This document shows, in pieces, positions 50,574-63,500 of a stretch of DNA of 64,000 nucleotides (positions are counted from its first letter, which is position 1; each line of letters starts with the position of its first letter). A program made the position numbers and the translations under genes. This DNA comes from Amphiscolops sp. MND2022 (Eukaryota), in the NCBI GenBank assembly GCA_964187785.1, contig OZ076415.1, positions 22,692,001-22,756,000 of the forward strand, read 5' to 3'. A model generated the notes under the pieces. That model was not told where the DNA came from. It ran no database searches and saw nothing but the letters and a program-made list of their open reading frames with translations.

Positions 50574-53500
50574 GTGAAGTGCCCGCAATTTTTGTTGAGA
50601 AAAGATAGAGACCTCATGTAAGTTGCAAAAGACTCCTAAAAGCTTGGGTTAATGATGTATATAAGCTCCCACGCTGTACATATCAAATTGAAGGAGTACG
50701 AACCCTCCATTGTAGAAAGTTTTGCAATTGTTGATACCTGATTTTTTACAAATTTACTTTAAGGCGTTTTCACCGTGAAGGAGTCAGATGGAAAGATCAT
50801 GATAGAGAACGTTTTTGTAGCCCTTTACATTTCTTTCAGCAGGTAGACTTAGTTTTGTCCGAATCGAAACACTTAGTTTTTGGCCTCAGAATGTGTAAGT
50901 TGAAAATCGACTCGATGGGATGTAAAACAAAATAGCCTTTTGGGTCATTGTAAATTGTTGGGATTTTTTTCTTTTAGCTGAAGTTTTCTGAAGAGCGTTG
51001 CCAGGAGTCGTGTGAGAAAAAACACCCTGACAAAAAGTGCAAATATCAATCATAGAGCAAAAGACTAAGTCGTGTTTGCGAAAGTGGGAACAATTGAGTC
51101 AGTGATACCTCCTCTTGAATCTGATTGAAAACGAAATAAAACCACTAGTCTTTATTGACAGAAAGGTAGAACCAGGTCCAACTAGTGATGGGAAAATGTG
51201 CTTCTGATGAACTTTTGGTACTGAAGTAGGAAAATCTGTAGTACTCAACATTAGTGAGGTACCAAAAAAGGAAGCATGACGAAATACCAACATTTAAATG
51301 ACTAAACTGCCGAAAAAGTAACTTAGGCCGAAGGGTACTCCACTGCGAAAGAGCAGAAAGTGAGTTGAGTTCTAGAGAACAGTTTGCTGCTTTGGGTCCA
51401 ATTACATCCCGGATCAGGCACCGGATTATCGAATTTGAAAATTTACTTCGATTGGCCGTTCAGCCCGTGCCTTCAGCCTGACAACCTCAGGTCGTTGCTA
51501 CTCCGCCATACCCTAGTACGAATTTCGACCCGGCAACAGGGTTGCCAGCTGGTCTATCGTATCTCACACGTAATACAGGCTAAGTGGCCTTAGAATACAC
51601 GGAACAGGCTAAGTGGCCTTATAATACACGGAACAGGTTAAGTGGCCTTCGAATATCCGGAAATCATTTTCACTCCCAGACCGATAGAGAAGAAATGCGG
51701 CGAGATGCTTTATCAGATATCTTGGAGATATCACACCGGATCCTCACGGATAGCCAAAATCAACACCTTGCTGAAACCCTTGTTCATTGATTGTTTTTGT
51801 TATTTGTCTTCTAATATTAGTCGTAATGTTCACCGTATTTATCGATGTTATCTCAGAGTACATTCTTTTATTCGTGGTTGTGAATTTGTGTTTGTCTTTT
51901 AATCGTCCTATATTATTATTGTGTTATAATTGATGTTCAAACTGCTTCTTTCATTCTTGAAAGGACACACTAAACAGCTTAAGATTAGCGAGTCAACCCC
52001 CGGAAAAGTGTCATATTTCAAAAAGAGCTAAAGAGCGTGAATTCCTTGTCACACTCACGCCACCGTCTTCGATTGTATTGTTTCTTCTTTGCCTTCGAAG
52101 TTATTAAAATTTTATGTAGATACTAAGCCAGTTCTTGTCTCGTGCATGGTACCTACGGGTTTAATTGAGTTGTAGTGGAGCTATTGGAGTGGAACTGATA
52201 GTTAAAGCTACCGAAGACCAAAAATCTTACACGTTTTTTAAAAGTTTTCCGTGAATGCCAGCGAGAACTTTGATTTTTCCCTCTTGAACTGAGCCAAGAA
52301 GTTTAAGATAATTTTCCGAGAATGTTGGCCATGCATTTTCATAGTACATTACCGTATTGAAAAATATCTTCTGTCAAAGGTACTAACTGAATAACATGGC
52401 TTTCGGCTTGAAGTCTCCAAATTAAAGTGAAAGGACGATTTGACGTAAAGGCAAGCTGTACATAAAAATATTCAAGGCAGGGGCTGAGATTAAACTGAAT
52501 AACAACGGGTTCACGTCAATTCAAAAAGAAGAGATTTGGTAAGAGAAGCTAATGAAGTTGTTTGCATACTTATTGCCATTTGTTCCATTTTTATTGTTTC
52601 GCCTTTTGGAGAATGAACAGCGGAGAACTGATCAGTTCATACTGCAGTGTGGGCAATTCCACATATAATATTCAACGAACCTTGAATAGGGGCAAGACTT
52701 AATTGCTATCAATCAATCCACTGATAGTGGTTATTGTCATGATATTTAATAACTGCTATCATTTTGATTACAATTTTCTCATGTTCAGCACAATTCCAAG
52801 CCTTAAGCAGCCGTTAAAACCAATCTCGTTGATGAGCAAATATATTCATACATTTGCTTCGTAAACGTTAAATTACAATTATTGATGTAAAAGTCCGAGA
52901 TCCTACTTCGATTGACACCATCTATATTCAACAAACCATTTCATGTTGTCAGAGTTTTTTTTTAAAAAAGGTGTAACCTTTAGTTTCTAGAAATAAGTGC
53001 TGATGAATAAAAAGCGCGTATGTAGTAACAACCCGTACTGGCCAATCACCAGTGACCACTCCGGTAGTAAAATCACGTGATTTAGACGTGCTTGACAACG
53101 TGAAGTTCGCTTGTCATCATTTTTCAGTCACATGCTTTTAGAGATTTCTCTGGTTTTGAGCATTTAGTCCTTTTTTCAGAGGGTTACCTCAAGGAACCCC
53201 AAGTTTAAAAAATCCTAACTATCCAGCGGATTCAAGAAACGGGACGCCAGGAACCGTCTTTAATGCTACCCGGGTCCTTGAGGTAACCCTCTGAAAAAAG
53301 GACTAAATGCTCAAAACCAGAGAAATCTCTAAAAGCATGTGACTGTCTTTCTGTTTTTTACAAAATCTTGTTTCTCTAGAAGCATGTGACTGTCTTTCTG
53401 TTTTTTACAAAATCTTGTTTCTCTAGAAGCATGTGACTGTCTTTCTGTTTTTTACAAAATCTTGTTTCACAATCAATTTTTGGGGAATCTTTAAAATATC

Positions 53501-55573
53501 AGCAATGTTGTGAGTTCTTTTGAACTGTTGGCTTCGAAGTTTGAATCTCAGGAACTGTAGTACAGTTCCTGAGATTCAAACTTCGAAGCCAACAGTTCAA
53601 AAGAACTCACAACATTGCTGATATTTTAAAGATTCCCCAAAAATTGATTGTGAAACAAGATTTTGTAAAAAACAGAAAGACAAGTACGTCAAGATGGATG
53701 AACTGAAGCAACGAGGAAAAGATGTCCTACGAAAATAAACACTGATTGATGGCTATGTAGCGAATGTGTTGAAAAGATTAACTCGATACTGATACCTTTG
53801 ACTGTTTTGAAAGTTTGGTCTCTTTGTGTGAGCAGTGTCAAGGTGATAACTTATACAGTGTTTGAGCGCCCCTTCTGGGGATGTCCTTTCTTAGGTTAAG
53901 AAACATTTATATTCGGATTTTTTTCTTTCAGAAAAGCCAAGGTTTGAGTTTTGCGACAAGACCTAATGGTACAAGTGGAAACTGGCGAGTTTTTCTAGAT
54001 AGCCAGGTTCGTGTCCTACAATACATGTGCCCTGTACCAATCAGCAGCAGTCTCTTCAATGACGGTTCGGCATCTGACTTATTCTTCTTTCTCTCTTTGA
54101 GGCAACGAGGACGGTTTGCAAAAACTTCTTCATGGCTAGGCGGCTAAGTGACGTTTCCCGTACTGACACTCCAGTGGACTTAAGTCCTTGCCAGGACAAC
54201 TCAAGCATTCCAAGTCCTTGACAGGATAACTTAAGGATTCCAAGGGCTCCCAATGATTTCCCCAGTTTTCGAAAAATTCGCAAGTTCTTACCAGTCCTGG
54301 TGCAGTCCTTAGCAGTCCTTGAGAAATTTCGATGAAAAATTTGAAGTTGCATACAGGGCGCGGCCATTTTGAATTTGAGTAGGAAAAAACTAGTTGCTTG
54401 TATTTCCTATCACTTCCAAGTGTATTTTGTATCAATTAGCCCCTTGAACATTGGATTATGGTCAGAATACTTGTTCCGGTACTAGACCCATAGTCGAGAC
54501 TCTGTCTGGGCTCAATAGTTCCGGGTATAATGATAAAAAAGGTGTAGGGGGTTAAAAAAAAGGAGAGGGGGAAAATGATTTAAAATTCATTTTGGATTTT
54601 ATTCCCTTAAGAACTTGTTACAGTCCTGGAGTTTTAGTTATTATATGCTTTAGATCTTATTCCAGTCAGGGGAGCGGGAATAACGTCTAAAAGCAAAAAG
54701 GAATAACGTCTAAAGCCAAGTCATGCTCATTCTCTATGTAAAAACAATTGATTTTTAGATCTTCTTCCCTTTAGATCTTATTCCTTTTCAATCTTTATCC
54801 TTGTAGATCTTATTCAATTTAGATCTCATTCTAGTCTCGAAGTATTAGATAGGGACACAGTAATGAGATCCGACTCCTAAGATCTAAAGGAATAAGATCT
54901 AAAAATGTGACATGCTCAATGAACTACCGCCGCCTTAGATCTAATTTGAGCTAACACGGTGCAACCTAAGCGATATCATGGACTGAGCGATAATATACTT
55001 CCAGCATGGAGTTTGTGCTCATTCATTTGATGTATTACTGTGAATGGGGCCTTTTTATGAACCTGCTCGTTGGTAGGCGTGCCAGTGTCGACTGTTTCTC
55101 AGTTGGCCAGACAAAACTATAAAAACGAAAATTTTCGAGGTCGTTTAATGATTATTTGACAAGAGACTATTTTTCCTGATTTTTGTAAGGTAACATTCTG
55201 AAAAATTTCTTCCTGCACCCAATAACAGTTATTTTACATAAATATAGCACCTATTCGGCCGTTACACGCCGTGAATCGGGTTTGGATTTTTCCGTGTTCC
55301 AGTCCTTGGCAGCGTATCTCCACGATTCCCAATGACTGGCAAGGACTGGTCCAGGACTTGTAAGGCTAAAAGTGGCACATGTAGGGACTAGTTCAGAACT
55401 TGACAAGCCCTCACCAGTACTTGGGAATCTTTGGCAGTCCTGGAATTCAAATTTTTGTCAGTAAGGTTTTGTAGATGAAGAGTGAAGTTGATTCTGCGAA
55501 GAATTTGATTTCGCATTTTTTCCGGAGAATCGAAAAGGCTGATAATTGGCGGTTTGTGGGAGACGATTCCTAG
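50574..55573 (+). CDS. Possible small multi-exon gene (candidate exons 50574-50617, 51327-51359, 53932-54006, 55475-55573)
   Basis: Candidate exons have good AG/GT flanks. The last three join in phase 0 (AEGYSTAKEQK KSQG..WRVFLDSQ MKSEVDSAKNLISHFFRRIEKADNWRFVGDDS*). The first exon is out of phase with them, and no family was recognised. Confidence 0.25.
51575..51649. repeat. 29-bp minisatellite (~2.6 copies)
   Basis: aatacacggaacagg(c/t)taagtggcctt repeated. Confidence 0.85.
53125..53345. repeat. Perfect 71-bp inverted repeat with 79-bp spacer
   Basis: 53125-53195 is the reverse complement of 53275-53345. Confidence 0.9.
53334..53468. repeat. 47-bp tandem repeat (~2.9 copies)
   Basis: The unit agcatgtgactgtctttctg...cttgtttctctaga starts at 53334, 53381 and 53428. 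Confidence 0.9.
53438..53682. repeat. Perfect palindrome, 122-bp arms with a 1-nt centre at 53560
   Basis: ...ggaactgta g tacagttcc...; the arms are complementary out to 53438/53682. Confidence 0.9.
54600..54965. mobile_element. agatct-repeat MITE family copy
   Basis: Repeated tagatctt/aagatcta units with a tgcaaccta end. Relatives lie at 25520-25710, 28370-28470 and 63700-63830. Confidence 0.5.
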
Positions 55574-56960
55574 GAAATTGTGTCCCAAAACGATGAAATA
55601 CAATTGTTTGTTCAATCAAAACATCTAAATGTCAAGAGAACGGCATTCGAAGAAAGGTTTCTTTCTCAAACAAACTTCGAAAGAGATACACAGACGGGTC
55701 GGAACGATTCTCAAAAACTGTTTCAACTTTGGGTCAACGTGACGCAAGCAAAAATTCGCGAGGAAATTTGCTTCTCATTAGAGTTTCCTATACAAAAAAT
55801 TAAAAAGTTAGAAAATCCGAAAGCGCGACTTTAAAGACTGGTGAAATTGTTGGCAGGAAGTTAAAATGTAACAACTTCATTTAGTTTCAAATAACCTTCA
55901 AGTAAAAACGAAAACCTGTAAGATGTAAAATTGCAATAAAGAAGAGGAGAAATCTATTGAGGGAGGTATTGTCTTGAATTAGATTGAGTCGTGTTGACAA
56001 ACAAAGTAGAAGTTGATGCCAGAAGTCACGATGAAGAAAGGACGGTGAATAATGTGACAAAGGTCGAAGGAATTTTAAAAAGTAGAGAATGTAGTGACAG
56101 ATTAATAGTTCAAAGAATTGACGAGCTAACTATACAGTAGTTGGTTGATTGAAGAAGAATCATCCGATTATAGTGATAAGCATGAATAAGACGAATATGC
56201 CTTGAAACCTGGAAGTATGGATTCAATGAACGAAAATATTGAGTTTCAAGGAGTATGATGGTAATTAAACACTTATCAAAGTTATCATATCACGGTTCAA
56301 GGATGCCTAAACACTCGTACTAATAATCAACAAGTGTCTAGTAGTTCGCATATTATTGTTACAACAAACCGATCAAAAGTTGGTAGTTTTTTGCGCAAAA
56401 AACCAGGGAAGGGTTTTACCCTTAAAAAAGTCTGCAGTGACGAGTATGTCGTCTTACAATGACATGATTTTAACAAGAAGCGCAGTGGCACTGCGATGTT
56501 TTTCGTATATTCAGCCAACACAAAAAAAGTATCGGACTACTTTGAACATTAAAAAAAGTATTCACAGATCTGAAAACCAGTGCAAGCCCATTTGGAAATA
56601 ACGTTGATAAACCGACTACAGGGCAATTTTATTGATATGTGTTATAACAGAAAACGGTAATTTGGTCATTCAAGTTGAAAAAACGATACAAAAGTTCACC
56701 CAGAGTCGAACCCAAAACCTGACAATACCTAAGACAGCATGGATACAGGTACTGATGATACAGGATACCGTTGATATTCGTCTATAACGTCAACAAATCG
56801 CAAAAGCGCAATTCTCACTGAAGACGTTATATCAGAAAACAGTACTATTATCGTTCAATCCTTTTTATACAATTTTAGCTTGTTCCAAGCATGAATTTCA
56901 GCTATTTGGAGAATAATATCAAAAAATTAGGGTGATTTTTTTTGCCTGATGTGTCAAAAC

Positions 56961-57419
56961 GGACTATGTGTTCATTCTCCCCCTCGGGTCACCTTGCTGG
57001 GAATTCCCCCCCCCCCCCCAACACGAAAGCACATTTTGTTTTGGAATAAAAAATTTGTCACTAATTAGAGACTGTTATATGAATGTAAATACTTGGAGGA
57101 TTGTCTCGACAACTGTTTTGATACTTCAGGCGAAAAAATTATCCTAATTTTTTGATATTATTGTCCAAAATAGCAAAAATTCACGCTTGGATTAAGATAA
57201 AAATGTATAAATTACCTCTTATTTCAACGCAAATGTTCTCCGTGATAAAATTTAATGAGCAGCTTTTAACTGACAGTCAATGTAATGGATAGATTATGTC
57301 GACATCAATTAATTGTTTTGGACCAAAATTTCAACGCAAACGATGTCGACATAATGGTATTTGAACCTTGTGTCTTATTTTCCCCCTGTCGTCGCTTGGG
57401 GGGATTGAACACATGGTCC
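56961..57419. mobile_element. Merlin-like MITE with 8-bp TSD inserted into an older copy of its own family (56860-56960 plus 57420-57544)
   Basis: TIRs are ggactatgtgttcattctcccc / ggggggattgaacacatggtcc; the TSD gtcaaaac is at 56953-56960 and 57420-57427. The joined flanks are the reverse complement of the insert's left part and end in another TIR at 57544. Confidence 0.7.
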
Positions 57420-57860
57420 GTCAAAACAGTTGTAGAGACAATCTTCTAAGTATTAACATTCATATAATATTTTCTAATTAATGAAATAAATTATTCAAGA
57501 ACAAAATCTGCTTTCGTGTGGGGGGGGGATAAAACACATGGTCCAAAGATTTTTTCAAAAGACGCACAGTGTCTAAATCACTCACCGGAGAGTTCTTTAG
57601 GCTTGAAAAGGATATTGTCATCTGAAAGTATGAACAAAAACTGAAGTGATGACCCTTTTTGAAGAAAAATTTCAGAAAAAAAGAAAGCCTTCAAAAACGA
57701 CAGCAAAAAACTTGAGCAAGTTCATAATCCACGAACTTTTGCTTCCATTTTTTCCAGACCGCGCTCTAACCACTGGGCCAAGTGCAGGAAAATACCCGTA
57801 GACGACTGCAATCAAATCAGGCGGAATATTTCGGCAGTTTTTGAAGAACAGCGCTTCATT

Positions 57861-60783
57861 TGTTAAGATCTCGTTGTTGCTTTAAAAACAGTGTTAGTAG
57901 CAAGTAATCTCTTTTCAACTAGCTCGTATCAAAGTATATCCAATATATGATATGTAATGTAGCAACATAAGTAAGACAGAAATCAATTGGATTTTGTTTG
58001 TAAATAAAGTCAAGTAACTCTCTGTCTAAAGTATTTTTCCATTTCAACGGTTGACTATCCGTATTTCACGGTTGGTTTGTTCTTCATTTTGTGGTTGGTC
58101 CAGTTAGCTGGTTTGGTTTGGGCTGGCTGTAAAATACAATCATTATTTGTTTGTTTTATTGTTATTAGTATAAGATGGAAAACCACATATTTTTTCGGTC
58201 TGTTGGTCAAAGGGTATTTTTTTATTTTTTCACCGTTTGGTGGTATTCATCAGACAATAAGCTCGTTCTTATACCTGTTTCTGGGGTCAGTTTTTTTCCT
58301 TTGGCAACAATTATAGCTCGTCGTTTAAGCTGATGTGGACGGGCTTCCCCTCGCTGGTGTTGTAGCATTGAAAGTCGTCTTCAGATACCATGCTTAGTTC
58401 GAGGTCCATTGGTTTTCCTGCCAACTTGTCGCGACCTGTGAATCGACCTCTTTTTATTCTTGGTTGGTCTTTTCTCTTGAGCCAGTTGGAGCTGCTCTCC
58501 GTGTTTTCTGGTCGCGGTGGCTTTTTTCTGCGGTATCCACAAGTTGTCTCAGTTGTTTTTGAACAGGATGGCTTGTCGGTCGTAATTGTCAGTCTGGTGT
58601 TTATTCTCTTCGTCGGTGTAGCTGTTGCCTGAAAGGGTATCGGGTTAGATATTAGTTTCCTGTGTAGAATTTTGTTCTTATCGGTAGTTACTGTGTGTCG
58701 CGTTCCCGAGACCGCGATCTGCGGTTTTTTATTGAATTTGTTTTCAAGCGAGCTTTTTGTTTGGACTTTTTCGAAGAAAGTAAACGGGTATTCAAAGTGT
58801 TTACCGTTACTTACCGCATTTGACGGTTTTTTGTTTCGGGTGAGGGTCATTCCTCTCCGATATTTCGGGTCGTTTGTTTTTTTCTTTAACATCACCAAGT
58901 GGTGTGTATTTTCGCCAACTGAGTTGTGGGTGACGTAGACTGATAATTCCTTTGAATCAGCTGAAATAGCATTTTTTAGATTAGAGATTTTGTCCCGGGT
59001 TCTCGTCCGCAGTGCAATTGGAAAGGGTTTTTCTTTATTTCTGAAAGTATAGTAAAACGGAGGACATATAGTGCTTTGTTCAAGCTTTCCCGTAAACTTT
59101 GGATTTCTTCTATGTTTGTCTTTATCAGGTTCATCAGTGATTGGATGGTTCTCTCGACCCATCTTGTGCCAGTATGTAAATTTGGCCTACCGTATTTACG
59201 GATTTCATCGTAATCTTACCAATTGCCTTTGTATTTCTTTGAAATGAAAGCACTGCCGTTTTCGATTTGAATATTTTCGGTACGCCGTATACGTTTATGT
59301 ATTCCCGTAGAAATGTTATAACTGTATCGTGGTTGGTATTTTTGCAGATCTTTGCTACCGGCCAACGGCTGCTTTTATCTAGGGCTACTAATATATCAGG
59401 GGAGGAGATTAGGTTGTTTACTGTTTAAATTTCCCGTGAAATCGATTTGGATGTCTTCTGCTGGGTTTTTTGGCGGTTCAATTTTTGATTTTTCAGTATT
59501 TGGTAGTTGGGTTTTCAAGTTCTTACCGGCATTTATGCAAGCGGAGCAGGTCTTTGCTTTCTTTTCTATATCGGCCCGCATGTAATTGTCATTGTTGTCC
59601 GGTATTATTTTGCTGATCTGTGTGATTTGAAGTATTCCTTCGGGTTCACTTTCTTCGTTGTCTTCTTCAGAGGTCATATCTAACAGATAGAAAATTCTTT
59701 TTGTTTTGTTTGGTTTCGTGCGACATACCAGTGCAAAGTGCCCTATTGTCCGGCAGTTGTTGCATTTTATTGTTCTAACCGGGCAGCTACATTGGGGTGT
59801 CCAATTTTGTTGTCCGCAGAATCCACAGTTGTTTTTCTATTGTTTTTGTTGATCTCGATATTGTTATGTTTGGATTTTATGGATGGGTTCTTGTTTTATC
59901 TCTTTGTCTTTTGCTAGCGCGGGTGGTATGTCAGATTGTTTATGGTGGCGGTCGTAACTGTCTTGTGTAGAAAGTTCTACGGTGGTTTTTAAATTGAGGG
60001 TTTTTCACGAATGAGTTTTTCCCGAAATTTCTTGTCAGTTATGCTCGTGATGAATTTCGATTTGAGTAACCCTTCTTATTTGATATCTTTGAATACGCAG
60101 TTCTTCTCCAGTGGTATTAGCTTTTTCCAGTGTTCTTCGGGTTTCTCGTTTTCTTCTTGCTAAGCCGAGAAGAAATCTCCACGGCTGTGGTATGTATTTC
60201 TCTTTGGCATATTTTATTCTCAGAATAGTTGTATCAGTTTATCGTTTTTGATTGTGTCAGGATCCGTTTTGAATTCACTTTTTGTGATAATCTCAATTGC
60301 CGACGGTCCGGCGACCCCAAATGAAGTTTTGTCTGATATCTGGTTCTTTTGTATCCCATGGGTCACCGGTAGGTGCTGTGTCATCCGTTAGTATTTGTTT
60401 AATATCAATATTGTGGATTCTTATTATGTAGTGCCGAAATCTTTCGGTCCTTTCTTTGGGTGTATATAATTTGTTCCCGTCGAGTCCGGTGTCTTCTAGG
60501 TATGGTAGTTGTATCTTTGTTGCCACGGCCATTGTATAATAGTCAAAGGGTGATAAATATTTTTGTACCGTGAGAGGAAAATTTGGTAAAAATCTTGCTT
60601 ACTGCGCCATGTTAAGATCTCGTTGTTACTTTATAATCAGTGTTAGTAGCAAGTAATCTTTTTTCAACTAGCTCGTATCAAAGTATATCCAATATATGAT
60701 ATTTAATGTAGCAACATAAATAAGACAGAAATCAATTACAGTTTGCTTGTAAATATAGTTAAGCAACTCTCTGTCTAAGGTAG
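57861..60783 (-). mobile_element. Internally deleted Ty3/Gypsy LTR retrotransposon (gag plus integrase, no protease/RT/RNase H)
   Basis: LTR segments 57861-58033 and 60610-60782 share ~173 bp (about 14 mismatches by hand count) and end in ..TTAACA on the minus strand. PBS TGGCGCAGT at 60609-60601. Gag start 60532, knuckles CGFCG and CNNCRTIGHFALVC; integrase CSAC, IQIDFTG, YGVP and a long C-terminal ORF at 59162-58311. Confidence 0.9.
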
Positions 60784-61561
60784 TTAAGTCTATGTGAAAT
60801 GGTATTTTGACCTCTACATTCCACAATTTTTTTTTGAGAAATTGAAAACACCTAGAGCAAAAATCGGACCGTCGATTGTGTCGATGAAACATTTTTAATT
60901 CTATTGATTGACATTTATTTCACGTTGTGATATGTATAGTGTACCGTTGCGTAATTTAGTATTTGTTATTTGTTTATTTATTAGATAGTATGGCAAGAAT
61001 TGCTGATGCGTTTTGTTGTCATTAATTCGTGCCGACGTTCAATGTAAAACGTTCAAAGGTGACTTGATTTCATTTTCCACTGATATATCTATGTACAGAA
61101 ACGATCGCTTCCGTAACAATCAATAATTAATTGATATAAAAATTATGGTAACATTGTCCTTCATGGTAACATAGTCAATGTGAAGCATTTCGTATATAAT
61201 GACCTTTCAGTTGAGGAATATTCAATGCAAGAGATCACGGAAAACTTGGTTTGGTGAAATAACGTCCAGAAAAGTGACGTCAATGAATGTTTGTTGCACC
61301 AGTTGCTCCGGAAGTTATACCTTGCGGGAGTTTCTGCCAAATTTTCACTGGAGCGTTGCGGCTGTGCTGACCAGAAGAAACAAGGGGGTCATTCCGGTTT
61401 CAAGAGAAAACATTTATTTTCAACGAAAAAAAAACAATTTCGAACTTTTGGCTATTTTCCTATATTTTTTTCAATGATTTCATCGTTATTAGAAGAGTTA
61501 AGATGAGAACGCAATTCAACTTCCACTTGTTCAGACTCCTAGACTCCTCTGATGAAGGCTC

Positions 61562-61822
61562 CCCGGGTTGACCCTTTTACTAGCATCTTGGCTGTCTTGG
61601 CAAGATCTTACCAAATTCCTACTACATCTTGGCGACCATGGAACCGATGGCAAGATTCTCACTAAGATCTTACTAAACTTTTTTTCTTGCCAAATAGGAC
61701 TTTACAATAAAATTTTCCTTGGGAACATGGCTCTCTTGATAAGATCTTACCATGACATCTTGCAATTCTTGGCAATATCTTGGCAAGATCTTACTGAGAT
61801 GTTCATGGAGGGTCGACCCGGG
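61562..61822. mobile_element. CCC-terminal MITE with 2-bp TSD (animal EnSpm/CACTA-like)
   Basis: TIRs are cccgggttgaccct / agggtcgacccggg, both flanked by TC; internal caagatctt repeats. Confidence 0.55.
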
Positions 61823-62299
61823 TCGTTCCTCGGTACACTTCAAGCCCCAAATTTGAAATATACTCACGAAAGTAGTTGCAGTAATTTTTGCTAGGCATGC
61901 AAAACTGTTTCATGTGTTCACTCCAGGAACAAATAGCATGAGAAGTGTTTCTTCTGGAATAGTTTTCGGTGGATCCAGTTTAACCTGTTGAGATCATAAA
62001 ACAACACTGGTTGAGGAAAAACGCGTTCCGTGGAAAGGTCTTTCATGCGAAACAGGCTTTGTCGAACATTAATGGCACATAAAATTGACTGAAATTATTG
62101 GTAAAACTAAGAGATTTAGAAACAATCCAATAATGAAACAGTCGCTGGTTATATTTACATTTAATTTTCAATTATTACATGCAGTCGTTTCAGCCTTTCT
62201 TCGAACTAATTACTTATTTCAAGATGTCGCGCTCTTGAAGCAGCGCATCAAAATTCTCCAATACCATAGGGATTACTTTTGGGCAGATATCACATTGGT

Positions 62300-63500
62300 G
62301 TCTTCCCACGAGTCCAAAAATTAATTTTAGTTACCGCGAGTCCGAAACTTTATTTTATTCCCACGAGTCCGAATGTTATTCTTGCACAAATCAAACAATA
62401 AATTAAGCCGAATTAGCGAAACACTTTTTGCTACTTGGTAATCGGTACATTATATTGGAATGCCATGTCTCATTTGTGCCAAATTAATTAATTAATATAG
62501 ACTTTCGTTTTATTGAGTTTTGGTTACTAGTTATCTGAATTTCATTTTCCTACTGGTTCTTTCGACGTGCAGAATAGTTAATTTTAACTAAATACCGGGA
62601 TAAAAGTGCAATATAACAGTAAAATACAAGTAAAACAGCTCCCCTAGTTGCAGAAACTTTCATGCGAAAATATTTCCCTGTTGTATTTAACTTTTATCAA
62701 GCTGCTTGAAAGATTCATCAAAGTTTTGGCGGCAATTTCAAGCCTAGGAGTTTTGCAGGTTTCATTAAGCAGCAGGATTGCTATTCATTATTCCGAAAAT
62801 AATTTACAGTTCCTTTATTCCGAAAATAAATTTACCGTTCCATCATTCCGAGAAGTTATTTGAAGAGGTTAGCATATTTGTTGTATGGCTCGGTCGCTTC
62901 GCTCCCTTCGCCAAGTAGCAACATTGAGGCATGGCCATATGGCATGTCGCTCCGCTTCGCTTCGCTCCTGCATTTAGGGCACTAGGGGTATGTGAGCATA
63001 GCTGATTACATTATCGTAATTAGTTCACCGCTTGTGCTGTATTCATTTTATTGGAATGTGATTGGTTCATTGAAAGAAATTTTATCGTCTGGCTATGACG
63101 CGCAGTATTTACGTTGCGATCAGTTTTAGCGCAAATTTAACGCAAAATAACTTCAGTTGCGTAATAACCTGCAAATTAGTCATCTTCAGCGTGCTATTTG
63201 AGTAGCGGTGATCAAATGAGATGAGTTGTTGAGAAAACAATGTGTGAATACAAACTGATCAAATTGGTGATGTAGTGGAATTTATTTTCAAATATAATTG
63301 CAGGAGTGGAAAATGCAGTGTAATTGTACATAATTTAACAACTGAAGTTCGCTAAATTTTCTAGGTTTCATCAAAAATTACCCTGCATGCAGGACTGCTG
63401 CATGTAAAAAGTTCCCGCGGTTGCAACTAGGGTCAACGATGTTTCGGACTCGTGGGAATAAAAATTCATTTTCGGACTCGTGAATAGCAATCGCGCTGGC
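62300..63500. mobile_element. Element bounded by inverted cccacgagtccg repeats, with a nested gcgaagcg element
   Basis: cccacgagtccg(a) occurs three times at 62305-62375; the reverse complement (t)cggactcgtg occurs at 63443-63482. Confidence 0.45.
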
